From Plasmodiophora brassicae (taxonomy: Eukaryota): DNA of 64,000 nucleotides. This document shows positions 1 through 15,205 of the stretch, piece after piece. The stretch is from NCBI GenBank assembly GCA_036867785.1, contig CP145413.1:310001-374000 (forward strand). Reading direction: 5' to 3'. Numbering within the stretch: the stretch's first letter is position 1; each line of letters begins with the position of its first letter. The notes under the pieces were generated by a model. That model had not been told where the DNA came from and did no database searches. It saw only the letters and a list, made by a program, of their open reading frames with translations. Position numbers and translations under genes: made by a program.

Positions 1-1007
1 CACTGCCCTGCACTCGCTGGCCAGGGCGCACATCCACCTCCTGTCGATGCTGAACCGATTGCCGACGCTGACCGCCGCCGAGATCGTTTCGTCCATCTGT
101 GATGCCGTCCCTGAGATTCGGGCGCTGACGCTTCAGCTCATGCGTCAGGAGCCCGCCATGCGCCGCGCGTTCGGTACGTTTGTCGTCGGGGGCCCCGTCC
201 CGCACGGCTTGACGGGCTGACCGTGCCCCTGCAGATACGGTCGAGCTCCAGGTGGCGATCGACGCGTTCGAGATGGATCCCAAGTCGCAGCAGTTCCCGT
301 TGTCGGCGTTCCTGGGCGCCCCTCGTTGCCGTCTGTCGTATTACGTGGCCGTCTGCCAGCAGTTGGAGGATGTCCTGGCATATGACGGCGACGAACGGGA
401 ACGCGCCGCCGTCGGGAACGCTAGGGAGGCGTTGAACGACGTCGTCAGCGAGATCCGGTTCGCCGTATGGCAGAACGAGCAGCGCGTCGTTCTGGAGGAG
501 GTACACCTGGATCGTGCCTCAGCAGCGCTGGTGTCTGACACAAGGCATTGCTAGTGCCAGGCACAGTTCAAGCGGTACCGGAGGCCACCTTTATTAATGG
601 GCGGCGGTCTGGCGACCCGATGCCTGCTGCTGACGGGCACGATCGGCGTCATGAAGTCTTCGATCACGCTGTGCACGTTCATGCTGTTCTCCGACTACCT
701 GCTGTGGAGCCGGCCGCGGCGAGACGCCAGCCTGGCCCTGGAACGGTGCGTTCGCCTGGAACGGGTCCAGGTGTCCTCCGACGACACGATCCAGTCGTCG
801 TCATCCGCGTCGCGCCTCCTGCTCGTCCTGCACGTCCCCGAACGGGTCACACTGTGCTTCACCAGCGCTCAGCAACGATGCGCATGGTTCAGCGCCCTGG
901 TCGATGCCATCCTGTCGAGGAAAGCGGCGCTATTGCAGGACTCGCCGCCTTCGAGCACCAGACCGACTCCCCATGTTGCGACCTACCTTATGCTTGTAGA
1001 CCAATGA
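1..1007 (+). CDS. RhoGEF-like DH-PH protein, 3' part (5' end outside window, 3' end uncertain)
   Basis: Spliced reading gives DH-like ...FPLSAFLGAPRCRLSYY... followed by a PH-like region (LLLTGTI...FMLFSDYLLWSR...LCFTSAQQRCAWFSALVDAI). GT-AG introns near 174-234 and 501-566. Confidence 0.6.
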
Positions 1008-1224
1008 AGCCACTACTATTATATTGGGCGATCCCCGACCGTCAGGTCCAGTGTGCCTTGACGGACAGACCGACATTCTGACCTGTAGGGCCATCGTGGA
1101 CCGCAACCATGCACTGGAAACCTGCTTCTGGTGTTTGGCCCGTATCATATCTTGGTAGGCGTCATCATGCTGCCGGAGGCGTCCGCCGAGCGCGTATCCA
1201 TTGCCGGCCGAGTGCTGAGCGGAA

Positions 1225-2319
1225 TCAGGCTGTGGACGTTGTCTGCGTTTCGACGCTTCTGGTGACGGTGAATGCCTCCCGTCCAGGGCGCGGTCTGACG
1301 GCGGGCGCGCGCCCTGGCTTGCGGCGCCATCCGCGTAGGTAGATGAAGGCAATCGAGTTCATCGCACCTCCCATGTTCACCGTGATCACCACGAGTAAGT
1401 CAACGTACGGGTTTCGCGTGCCCCCAGGAATAGCCAGAGACAGCACAACTAGGCACAGACGATCGCGACGTCAGTTGCCCTGTGCATTCGGCGGCGAGGG
1501 CGGGGCGACTCGGCCCTCACCTGAAAACCACTGGGCCAGGTACAAGGCAGCGAAGAGGTTGACGCGGTTTGCGCCTTTGACGACCTTGCGATCTTGGACG
1601 GACACGTGGCTCGGTTCATCCGCCGCCATGGACGCGGGCGCCCGGCCAGGAGGGTGGGCAACGTTCCTGTGGGCCACCGAGAACTTGCGGATGTGGAGGT
1701 GCACGGTGGTGGCAAAGTACGCCGTCAGCCCGAAGCACACGATGGCGGGCAGGTCCACGTAAACCAGCTGCACGACGACGTAGTTCGGGTGGGCCGCGTT
1801 CAGATAGATCCAGTAGCCGGACGGGCCGAACACGTCGAGCGGGACGCCAGCCCCGATCATGGGGGCGTTGACCGCGATAATCGCCAGCAGGAGGTAAACG
1901 TCGCAGCGACCAAGCGCCACCTTCTTCTCGTGTATCATCTGCAGGTACAGGGTCGCAGTGGTCATGACAACAACAACAGCTTGGGCGGCAATGAAGATCT
2001 GCACCAGGGCGCCCAGTAGTGCACAGAGGCTCGGCCCAGGGTAGTACCTTGTCGTGTAGACGTAGACGTGATCACAGATGTGCGACAAGCCGAAGCAGAA
2101 ATCGCATGCGGACAGGAAGACAGGGAAGCGCTTCCCCGTCTTATCGAGCTGCTTGTCGACGAGCACGGAACGGGCAATGTCGTACCCGGAGGAAACGATC
2201 GACGTGCACAAGATGGCGATGGCGGTTACGTGCACGGTCTCAAACCAGGCCTCGTTACCGTCCACAACCGCATAGCAGCCCGGCCGCAAGCAGAACGTTT
2301 GACCTGGCGCAGCTGACAT
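1225..2319 (-). CDS. 7-transmembrane GPCR-like protein (cAMP-receptor-like/Git3-type)
   Basis: Seven hydrophobic segments across ORFs 1471-2670 and 1225-1446 joined by one intron. Motifs FLSACDF, LCALLG, FGPSGYW and a final TM VNMGGAMNSIAFIY. Confidence 0.7.
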
Positions 2320-2996
2320 TGTGGACAGGCGCGCAGCGTGCTCGCCGCCAGCAGATTCACCTATGCACCTGCCGAGCGATATCCGGGAACGGCAAGCACA
2401 TTGCGATATCTCCTGCCGCCGTGGGTGACCATGACACGCTCCCAGATGCGATTCCTCTGGCTCTGGCGCCCGGGTCCCGCTGCATGTTCTGCACTGGCAC
2501 ACGTTCGCCTGCCAGACCCCGAGCGTGGTTCCACTGCACGCTGATCGTGCTGAACGCCAGCAACGGCCTGGCTCCTTGCACAGTGCACACACATACCTGA
2601 ATTTGTCATGCAGGTCGCCCCATTGTGTGGCCCGCGCGCTCCTGAGCAACGCGAGTGGCAGCCAGACCATTTAAGATCTCGCGTTGCTGCGCCCCCAGGC
2701 GTTCGAGACGACGCGCTGGAGACGCTGGCACAGTGCAGGCATCGTCTCGGTCCGGATCAATCAAAGCGGTTTCGACCGCACCCACCTGTTTGTCTTTTAA
2801 TCAGACAGGTGACAAGGAATGCGACGTACAGCATATGGGAACCTCAGAGACACTCAGCTGGAGTGGCCGCGTCGCTTGCCACAGGTGTTTGCTGGTGAGC
2901 CCAACCCGAGCAGGCGCTCATCAATTACGGCTGCTCCACGAGTGATGCGTCCATTTACATATACAGTATATATCAGGGCGGCCGCATCAACACTAT

Positions 2997-3991
2997 TCAC
3001 GTGGCCGACGTCGGTTGCAACGACACGACCGTGGTGGCCGGTGCGGACGTGGTCACATCTTTCTCGACAGCGAACGCGTCGAGCCGTTGGATTTGGGATC
3101 GCGCATGGCGCTCGCGCATGGCGGCCAGCTCGGCGCGGGCCATCCTCGTGATGTAGATCGACGTGAACAGCGTCACGAGGAACGACACGGCGAGCAGGGC
3201 GATCTGGACCGACGACGACGTCTTGGACGCCGCCTCCGGTGGCGAGTCCGCTGCCGTCGCCGACGACAGCGACGTCAGCGACCCGCCGGCGCTGACCTCG
3301 ACAACGACGAACGGGAGCAGGCCGGCGATGGTGCCCAGGAAGTAATCGCGGAAGCGGACGCTGGTGACCGACAAGGCGTACGACGTGGCGCCAAACGGCA
3401 GGAACGACGCCAGGCGCAGCAGGGCGACGATCTGCAGGCCCTTGTGACGCATCAGCAACTCCTCGACGTGGATCGCCTTGGACCGGGTCGCCCAACGGTG
3501 CACCTGCGACCGGCAGGCGTTTCGCCCGATGCCGAACACGACCGCCCCAGCGACCGACGCCGCTGTGAGCACCTCCAGGCAGGCCATCGGGATCCCTGGG
3601 AACACGCCGTGCATTCGAATGGAGACGAAGCCGATCCCTGTGGGCTCGGCGTGGTCAGCGCCAAAGGGGCGGCCACGAGGCCCAGGCACGTACCGAGGAT
3701 GAGCGGGAAGACGGGCAGGCAGAGGACGCTGTTCGTCGTGTAGAGCGTGACGAACCCGACGAACCCGAGCCACGGGTTGACCAGCATGAAGTCGAGGACG
3801 ACCTGGGCGGCGCCCATGACGTGGTGGCGGTCGACGATCAGGTAGATGCAGACGGCGGCGAACAGGGCGCCCAGGACGGCGATCGGGACGTTCGGCGACA
3901 CGCGCGACGCGGCATCCTCGCCGGCATCGTCGTCGTCGGACAGCAGGACGGCGTCGTCCGCGCTGGCTTTCGGGGCGTCCAACGCCAACAT
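2997..3991 (-). CDS. TVP38/TMEM64 (VTT / SNARE-associated Golgi protein) family membrane protein
   Basis: Multi-TM protein with IVALLRLASFLPFGATSYALSVTSVRFRDYFLGTIAGLLP, the typical VTT-domain signature; one intron near 3640-3692. Confidence 0.85.
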
Positions 3992-4016
3992 CACTGTCGC
4001 TGCCCGAACGGTGACG

Positions 4017-5848
4017 TCAACCTTCGGGGCACGCGAACACGGAGAGAGGGCAACCGCAGTCGCCCTCGTCGATGACTACGACGTTGGTATCTAGATCGTG
4101 GATGGTGTACCCCCACCTCACTGGCTCGCAAGCAGATATTTGGGACACTCAGATTGGTTTGCCGAGCAGGGCGTCCTGGAGCAGCGCGTCGATTCTGCCG
4201 TACGTGATGGGCATCTCGGCGCGTAACGCGTCCAGGACGAGGACCTCGCGCCGATGGAACAGGTCGTAGACGGCCAGCTCGAGGTCGTGCATGTCCAGGA
4301 TGTTCGCCGCGTACTGGGCCGGCCGTGTCCCCGACTTGGTGGTGGTCGATGACCTCCTGTGCACCCGGGTTCACACAGGCGTGGCCGTCTGCCGGTGCTC
4401 GCAAGGGTACCGTGTCCCGGTGGCGGATAGTTTCTTCGTCGTGTCTTTGACGCGGGCTCCCATGGCCTGGAGCACGCCGCCGACCCATCGGGTGATGACC
4501 GCCGATCGGGACGCTGCCTGGCTCGCCTGGTATTGCCCGTTCTCTTCGAGGAAGTTGTGCCCGACGATGGAGATCTGCGCGGCGGGATGTGAGAGCGCTG
4601 GAGAGAGCAGAACGGGTGCTAGGAATGCGCATACGGGGAAGGACAGCACGAGGATGGCGCAGAAGCTGGCGACGCCGCCGAGGAGCTTCCCTGAGGCCGT
4701 GTACGGGACGATGTCGCCGTACCCGACCGTGCAGATGGTGATGACGGCCCAGTAGAGCCCGTCGGCGATGCTGAAGAACCCGGCCTGGCGCCTAACGTTC
4801 CATACCGGCGCCTGGCCCGCGCTGGCCGACACGCCATCCGTGAAGTACTCGGCGGTGGCCAGCACCAGAATCACGATCATGATCAGGAAGACGACCATGA
4901 CGAACGCCTGCAGGCTGGACCGCACGACACGCATCACCATCTGGCAGAGCGCCCATGTAAGGACCACGCGAGTGACGCCCAGGGGTCGCCAATTACCTGG
5001 GTGATCGCGCCGCCCCGTGACCATCGAAGGAACCGCAGGACGCGCATCGTCTTCAGCGCGCCGTACACGAACGTGGCGAACGGGAACCTGAGGTACGAGT
5101 GCGGCACCAGGTAGAGGAAATACGACGCGATCGCGAGGATGTTGACCCAGGTGACAAGATCTGGCATCAGGCTCAACGCTCGCGTACGGTTAACGTGCAG
5201 CGCGGCCGGGTACCCTTGCAGAAGCCGACCGTGTCCGGGCACACGAAAAACTGGACGACGAGTTCGATGGAGAAGAATACCATTGTGAGTGTGTCGATCC
5301 AGAACCTATCTGCTGAATCAGAGCGCAGGTCGCCGAGTCCCTGCAGCGTAAGCACTGACCAGATCGCATACGATTGCAGTACTGGTTCCGTCTGCAGGAC
5401 CATGCTGGCAATGGAGACGTAGATCAGCAGCTGCACGAAGATGGTGTACGCCACCGCCTTGCAATGGGCATCGCATCGTCAGCGTTGGGACGTTGGCTCG
5501 TTCAACCGTGCGTACAAAATCGGTGCTGGTGTCGAGCGATTCGGTTATGGACCAGACCGTCTCGGCGAGCGTCCTGACTCGTTGCTGGACGACCACCTCA
5601 TGGATCGTCGGCTCACGGGCGGGACCGACTTTGACGAGGCCGGTTGCGATGTGGGAAGCGCGCTCGACCAGTGACCTTGTTCGCTTGCCGCTCTCGAGCA
5701 GCTCGTTTTGCTTCACAATCGCATGGGCCGTCGAGTAGACTGTGTACCAGTTGCGCCGGGCTCGCGACACCTCATGACGCGGCGACGTCGCTTCCGCCGT
5801 TGTCGCCGCGTGCGCGAACGTCGGCAACCTGTCAATAGGCCGTGCCAT
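4017..5848 (-). CDS. Voltage-gated potassium channel (6TM, Kv-like)
   Basis: Pore helix and filter GLYWAVITICTVGYGDIVPYT; S4-like LKTMRVLRFLRWSR; several introns. The stop is at 4017 if a final GC-AG intron is used, otherwise at 4149. Confidence 0.85.
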
Positions 5849-6018
5849 CCCCGTCGCGCCAACGTAGACTGTCAGTCGTACACGGACGCGATCAGCAGTA
5901 ATATCTACCGGCAACGTGGCGAATGAACCATGGGCCCATGGGGAGCTATGTAACGTTGCGTGTGCAGTTCGGCAGTTCCCCCTGTCAGGAAACTGCGCAC
6001 AGGAGCAGCGAGCGCATA

Positions 6019-6525
6019 ATGGCTGCGAAGAGCCGTCGCATTGGCGTCCGCCCGAGGCGGTACTTCCTGCACCTGCAACTGTGAGCTGCCGAAACTGCTC
6101 GCGCCCGTTATCGTAGGACGTGACGCCCATGTCGGCTGCAGGGAATGGGAGGATGCCGTGCCGGGATGCCTGACGGTCGACCAGGCCAGGCACCTGATCC
6201 ACACCGGCGTCCGGCACCTTGTCGGGGCCGTCGGTGAGGCCCTCGTCCAGGTCGAATTACTGCGATTCGACGCTGATTCCGATTCCATGATTGTCGCCGC
6301 ACCCGTCGAGTACGTTCTTTGTTCAAGCGTCGCACGGCAACGCCGCTGACGACGTCGTTCAGGTCCGTCGTGGCGCTGCGCGCCGCTCTGACGTTGCTGT
6401 CCAGCTACGAAGGCAGACGGCTCCGCATCAACATCGTGTCGTCGTCGGCGCACCTGCTCGCCCTGGCGTACTGCTCCAGGCAATTCCACGTGCATAGCGA
6501 ACCTGCCGATGGCTTTACAATATAA
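6019..6525 (+). CDS. RNase P/MRP subunit Rpp14/Pop5-family protein
   Basis: Three-exon reading MAAKSRRIGVRPRRYFLHLQLEWED...RHLVGAVGEALVQVELLRFD...ALRAALTLLSSYEGRRLRINIVSSSAHLLALAYCSR fits the Rpp14 pattern. Confidence 0.7.
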
Positions 6526-6558
6526 ACGGCCCCGAATGGTGAACGTCGTCGAGAGGGT

Positions 6559-7347
6559 TCAACCGGAACGGTACTTCATGATGAGGATGAAGGAAATGTA
6601 GCCGGCGCAGACGGCGAGCAGCAGCGCGCCGATGAACACGGCGCGCGCCTTCCCGGCCGTCTGGGCGTCGGCCGACGGCGCCTGGCGACGATGCCCAGGC
6701 GACACTGTCTTGGGCCGCGACACGCTGCTGCTGGCCTCGTCCTCGTCATCAGACGGCATGTCCAGCAGCTTTCGCCGGATCGACCGGCGACGCGTCGGGC
6801 TCGCGCTCTTGGCCTTCTCCTTCACGACCGACTGTGTTGCAAGGTCAGCGAACGATGGCCGCAAACGTCGCCGCGGGCCGTCCTTATTACGCGTCGTTGC
6901 GAAGCAGGCCGGGCGGAGCGGGGTGCCGTTGACGGCGCGGCGCGCTTGCGAACAGTGGGCGTCGGGCTGGTCGCCGCCACCACATCCGCATATGAAGTGG
7001 CGGGCGCCGACGCGTGCTTCTCGACGAGGTCGACGTAGAAGCCCTTCTTCTGCCGCGTCGCCGGCAACGACACATCGTGCTCCGTCAGCCACGCGATCAG
7101 GCTGTCGATCTAAGGGGTGGGACGGATCAGCAAACGGGCGCGCATGTGTGCCCACTTTCACGACCGTCATCTTGGAAGGTTCGACGCGGGCGGCGGCGGA
7201 CGACTTGGCCGAGGCGGCCCGCGCCGATTCGACCAGGGCGACGAGTTCGCCCTTCTTCGCCGACTTGAGGTACGGGACGTCATTGGCGTCGAGCCACTCG
7301 CGCAGCTCCTTCACCTTCCATGCGGACACGTCGGTGCTGCTGGCCAT
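6559..7347 (-). CDS. HeH/LEM-like double-domain protein with C-terminal TM helix (putative inner nuclear membrane protein)
   Basis: VSAWKVKELREWLDANDVPYLKSAKKGELVALV and, after an intron, EPSKMTVVK..LIAWLTEHDVSLPATRQKKGFYVDLV; terminal TM AVFIGALLLAVCAGYISFILIM. Confidence 0.65.
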   Translation of the reverse strand: MASSTDVSAWKVKELREWLDANDVPYLKSAKKGELVALVESARAASAKSSAAARVEPSKMTVVKVGTHARPFADPSHPLDRQPDRVADGARCVVAGDAAEEGLLRRPRREARVGARHFICGCGGGDQPDAHCSQARRAVNGTPLRPACFATTRNKDGPRRRLRPSFADLATQSVVKEKAKSASPTRRRSIRRKLLDMPSDDEDEASSSVSRPKTVSPGHRRQAPSADAQTAGKARAVFIGALLLAVCAGYISFILIMKYRSG

Positions 7348-7373
7348 GGTGCCCCCGGCGGCGTGCGGGCCAG

Positions 7374-7410
7374 GCTGCTGCTACTGCTGCTGCTGCCGCT
7401 GCTGCTGCTG
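7374..7410. repeat. Imperfect (CTG)n microsatellite upstream of the HeH/LEM gene
   Basis: gctgctgctactgctgctgctgccgctgctgctgctg read directly. Confidence 0.85.
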
Positions 7411-7787
7411 ACCCGGACGACGCTGAACGACGCCCACGGACTTCGACACTCGGCGATCAACAACGGCGGCAAGCCCCCAGAGACCCCCAGACGACGCAGA
7501 GACGCCCAGGCCTGCGGCGGAGCCAGAATTCTGGCGCGCCAATTCCGGGTGCCGGGCGATTCAAACCCGGCCCCACGTCACAGAGCCTGCCGCCGTTGCC
7601 CGCGCCTGACCCGCGCCCTCCTCACAAGCAGCCCGTACGCCGCCGCCGGTGTGGGGGATTTTGTCGCCGGCTTAGTGATGCCCGGTACGGCTAAGCCGGG
7701 TTCGCGGGGAGGGCGATCCGGTCTGCGTCGGCCAGCGTTGGGCTGCCAGGAGCGACACGCGCGCAGTCCGGGACGTGGAGGTGCAGG

Positions 7788-8626
7788 ATGGCGCAGAAGC
7801 GGCTGATCTTCGTGACTGGCAACCAGAACAAGCTCCGCGAGGCGAAGGAGATCCTGGGGGCAGCCGTTCCATGGCTGGAGAGCCGAAGCATGGACTGTAC
7901 GTCGTGGTCGTGGCGTGTGGATGTCGGGTGCCTCCCGTGATCACTGAAATGAAGTCGCCCAGTACCCGAACTGCAGGGCGAGCCGGTGGACATTGCCATG
8001 CAGAAATGTCGCATTGCTGCCGAGACAGTGAACGGCGCCGTCCTCGTTGAAGATACGTGCTTGTGCTTCAACGCCCTCCATGGTCGGCATTCGTTGATGG
8101 CCAGTCTGTGAACGGAAAACTGACTTGCCTGTGCAGGCCTTCCGGGACCTTACGTGAAATGGTTCTTGAAGAAGACTGGGCACGCAGGCCTGAACAATCT
8201 GCTGCACGCGTACGACGACAAGACAGCGTCAGTCCAGATGCGGAATGTCAAGTGTCCCAATCTGACTGCCCCATAGCTACGCCCTGTGCACGTTTGCATT
8301 CAGCGAAGGTCCTGGATCCACGCCAATTGTATTTCAAGGGACGTGCGAGGGCTCAATCGTTCAGGCTCGAGGGCCACCGGATTTCGGCTGGGATCCCATA
8401 TTCCAGCCGCAAGGTTATACGACAACGTCAGCCTTCTCGCTTGCCACGGTTTCCATCTGGTCTGACCCGGAACAACAGGTTCGCTGAGATGTCCAAGGAC
8501 GAGAAGAATGCGATATCGCATCGTTTCAGAGCTCTCGAGAAGCTGCGGGATTACCTTGCCAAGCACCCGTCGTTCTGCAACGATCAGCGGACCGCCTCTC
8601 AGTCGGATGCCCCTGATCGGTCGTAA
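7788..8626 (+). CDS. ITPA: Inosine triphosphate pyrophosphatase (HAM1 family)
   Basis: Spliced: [63 protein letters not shown]. Confidence 0.95.
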
Positions 8627-8716
8627 GCACGGCTACGTATTTGTCACGAAAAGAGACGCTGGACGTTCGATCATGACGTTCGATGGTGTAGTATGTAGTT
8701 ATAGGCGTAGGTCTGT

Positions 8717-10909
8717 TTACATAACGGTACTGGCACTGGCGTGTCTCGCTGTAGGTATGCCGCTCGGCCTGTTTGCCTCGGTTGCCAGCTTCTTGGCCGC
8801 CCGACTTGACGGCTGTGGCGTGCTGCATCCTTTGCCTGTACCGTCACGTTGCTTTCTTCGTTGCTGGGTATCCGGCGTGCTGTTCTCCTGTTCCTTCTTC
8901 ACGCGTCGTACTTGTTTCCGCTTGGGCTTGGCGGGCGTGACGACTGTCGGCGACGTCGACGAGTGAAGTTTCGGGTCCGATATCTGAGCGACGACGATGG
9001 ACTGTGAGGCGGCTGCGAAACCCCCGGGCGCTTGCAGATGTAGGGATTTGACGATCTCTTGCCGCTGGACGTACTGGCGCATCTCGTCCCGGTCGAACGT
9101 GGACATTAACTATCGCTGACCATTAATGGAGACGAATCAGAAGGGCCGTACAGCGACAAACCATTTCCAGTGGCATTTGATCGTCGACAGCAAGGGATAC
9201 ATCGGCAGGAGGCACGAGCTCAATGGGGTCATCGGCAAGGCCCATGCCAGGTTCCCAACAATCAGGAATCTACATCGCCGACACGACGAATCAGAACAGC
9301 AGCAGCAGGCGTAGCATTTAAACGTACCTCCAGGTTTGGCAGTGGATCGCTGGGCACCGGGAGGTCGGACGGTGCACCGGAGTAGATTGGCTCGATGTCG
9401 TCGTCATCATCATCTGTAGTTGCCGGCACAAGTCAGACACCACTGCTCTGAACTGTTGCCCCCCGCCGGCATCACCAAGTTGGAACGATGATTCATTAAA
9501 GACCCATTGCGTAGACGTTTCCGGCTCGGGCGGGAAGAGCGCGTCGTCGTTCTGTTCGCGATCGTCGAGAAATCCACAGTCCCTAGAGTCCATCTCAGTG
9601 GAAACCTGCGGCATGTCAGTACACTGGCAGGGAATGCGGTCGTCCAGATATCGAACCGTAGGACGCTGCTCAGGCCAGTCGTGGTCCATGGACGGGGACG
9701 ACCGTACACGCGTTAACGTGCTCAGCAAGAACGCCACGTCAGCGGCTCAGACGGCAGGCCGCTGCATCTTGTCAACGATCGAAGCGGCAGCAACTGAGAC
9801 GGACGACCGACTGCCTCGCGTCTCGTGCTACCACCCGGCGGTCAAGGCTGAGCGCGCAACACGAACGGCGGCTGCTCGGGTGCTTCCGGTCCCACTGATC
9901 GTGCTGCATACAGCAGCAGCACCAGGCACAGGAACCTGTGCCCGGCACCAGACGTGGTGCAGCCTCCAAATCCACAAGGTGCAGACGAGCAAAGGAGCCC
10001 CAGCAGACTGACCGAATCCATAGCGTTATAAATTGTACAAAGAACAATGCGCAGCCTATGGTTCCACGTCCATTGACGTCGTTGGCGAAACCGTCTTGCG
10101 AGCCGCCTTGAATTTCGGTACTCGTATTTCCCTGGAAGCGATTGAAGATAACGAGTTAGCCTGAGTGTGAAGCAGGTGAAACTGGCCCATACAGAAGTGG
10201 GACGTTACCGTCCTCATTTGGTTCGTCGTTGTCGCTTATGTCAACAGGGGCGACTCGTGCCAGGGTCCTGGTTGTCAACTCGACAAGCATCTGACGATGA
10301 CGGGTAAGCGTTTGCTCAATCTCTGAACGTTCAGCCCCTCTGTGCCCATGTGTAAACTAATCCAGCGCCCGCTCGCCAGCGTTACCGACTCACGTTAGTG
10401 CCTTCAGTGCCGCTGTGGTGCTTGCTGAATTTGCTGAGAAATGCTTGTCGTAGTGTCGGATCGTCATTAACAGTATTTGCTCGAAGAACAGTTCCGCATT
10501 GAGTCGATCGCCACTGTTCTTACATGAAACCACACGCTGGGACAGGACGTACGCCCCCCGACTTGCCTGTTAAGGTACTGCAGGAAGATCGCCAGACGAA
10601 GATGAAACGACAGCAGAAGCGCATTGACAGATCGCATCGACACGATCGACGTGAAATAATGATCGGCGGTTATCAGCGAATCGACGTCGCCTTGACGAAC
10701 GAGACCCAACATATAGTGCGCGTCTATCGCCACGCGCGACTCCCGCTCCAACCTAGCCGTAATCAGGAAGCAGCGAACACGACAACCATCATCAGCGCGG
10801 ACGCATGCTGGGCTTCGACGAAGCCGGCGTTCCGCAGCCCTGCGATCGTCGCCAGCACCACCTCTCGTTCTGTCTGCAGCGACGACGAAAACGACGACGA
10901 CGACGCCAT
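8717..10909 (-). CDS. LisH-CTLH protein with TOPLESS-like N-terminus and low-complexity C-terminus (3' exons tentative)
   Basis: Spliced N-terminus MASSSSFSSSLQTEREVVLATIAGLRNAGFVEAQHALERESRVAIDAHYMLGLVRQGDVD...LLSFHLRLAIFLQYLNSGDRLNAELFF (introns 10802-10753 GT-AG and 10566-10514 GC-AG). Linkage to ORFs 9318-9737 and 8717-9106 is inferred. Confidence 0.55.
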
Positions 10910-11140
10910 GACCAGTTAAATAAATGCGCCACTGCGAAGCGCCGCTGCAGTCGCAGGCTGTGCTGACGCGTCCGTGCCGACACTGATGGCATTGTAGCTC
11001 TAACTGCAGCGCAGTCGCGCATTTCCAGTTGAATGCCGACGCGAATGGCCGCGTCTGTAGTTCCAACTGCTGCGTCCCCGTCATGCCGGTCGCGCAGTTC
11101 CAGTCGCGTGCCGCCGCCGCGGTTGTCTTGGCAGACTTCG

Positions 11141-15045
<3,905 letters not shown>

Positions 15046-15205
15046 CGGGGCGAACTGGACGTGCCGCTGCTTCCTACTGCTAACAGGTCGCCCCACGTAC
15101 TAATATTGGGGCAGGCAGTCCCACGAGACCAATGCGACCTGCAGCGAAGGTGCCAGTGACACGCGTTGCACAGCGCTCGCTGGTTTACTTAAAATACAAA
15201 CGGTT

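Noticed and set aside
1000-1265. Possible FYVE domain after DH-PH (WAIPD, CFWC, RRHH fragments)
   Set aside because: The fragments lie in different frames, lack the full Cys set, and run into the GPCR 3' end; they cannot be assembled credibly.
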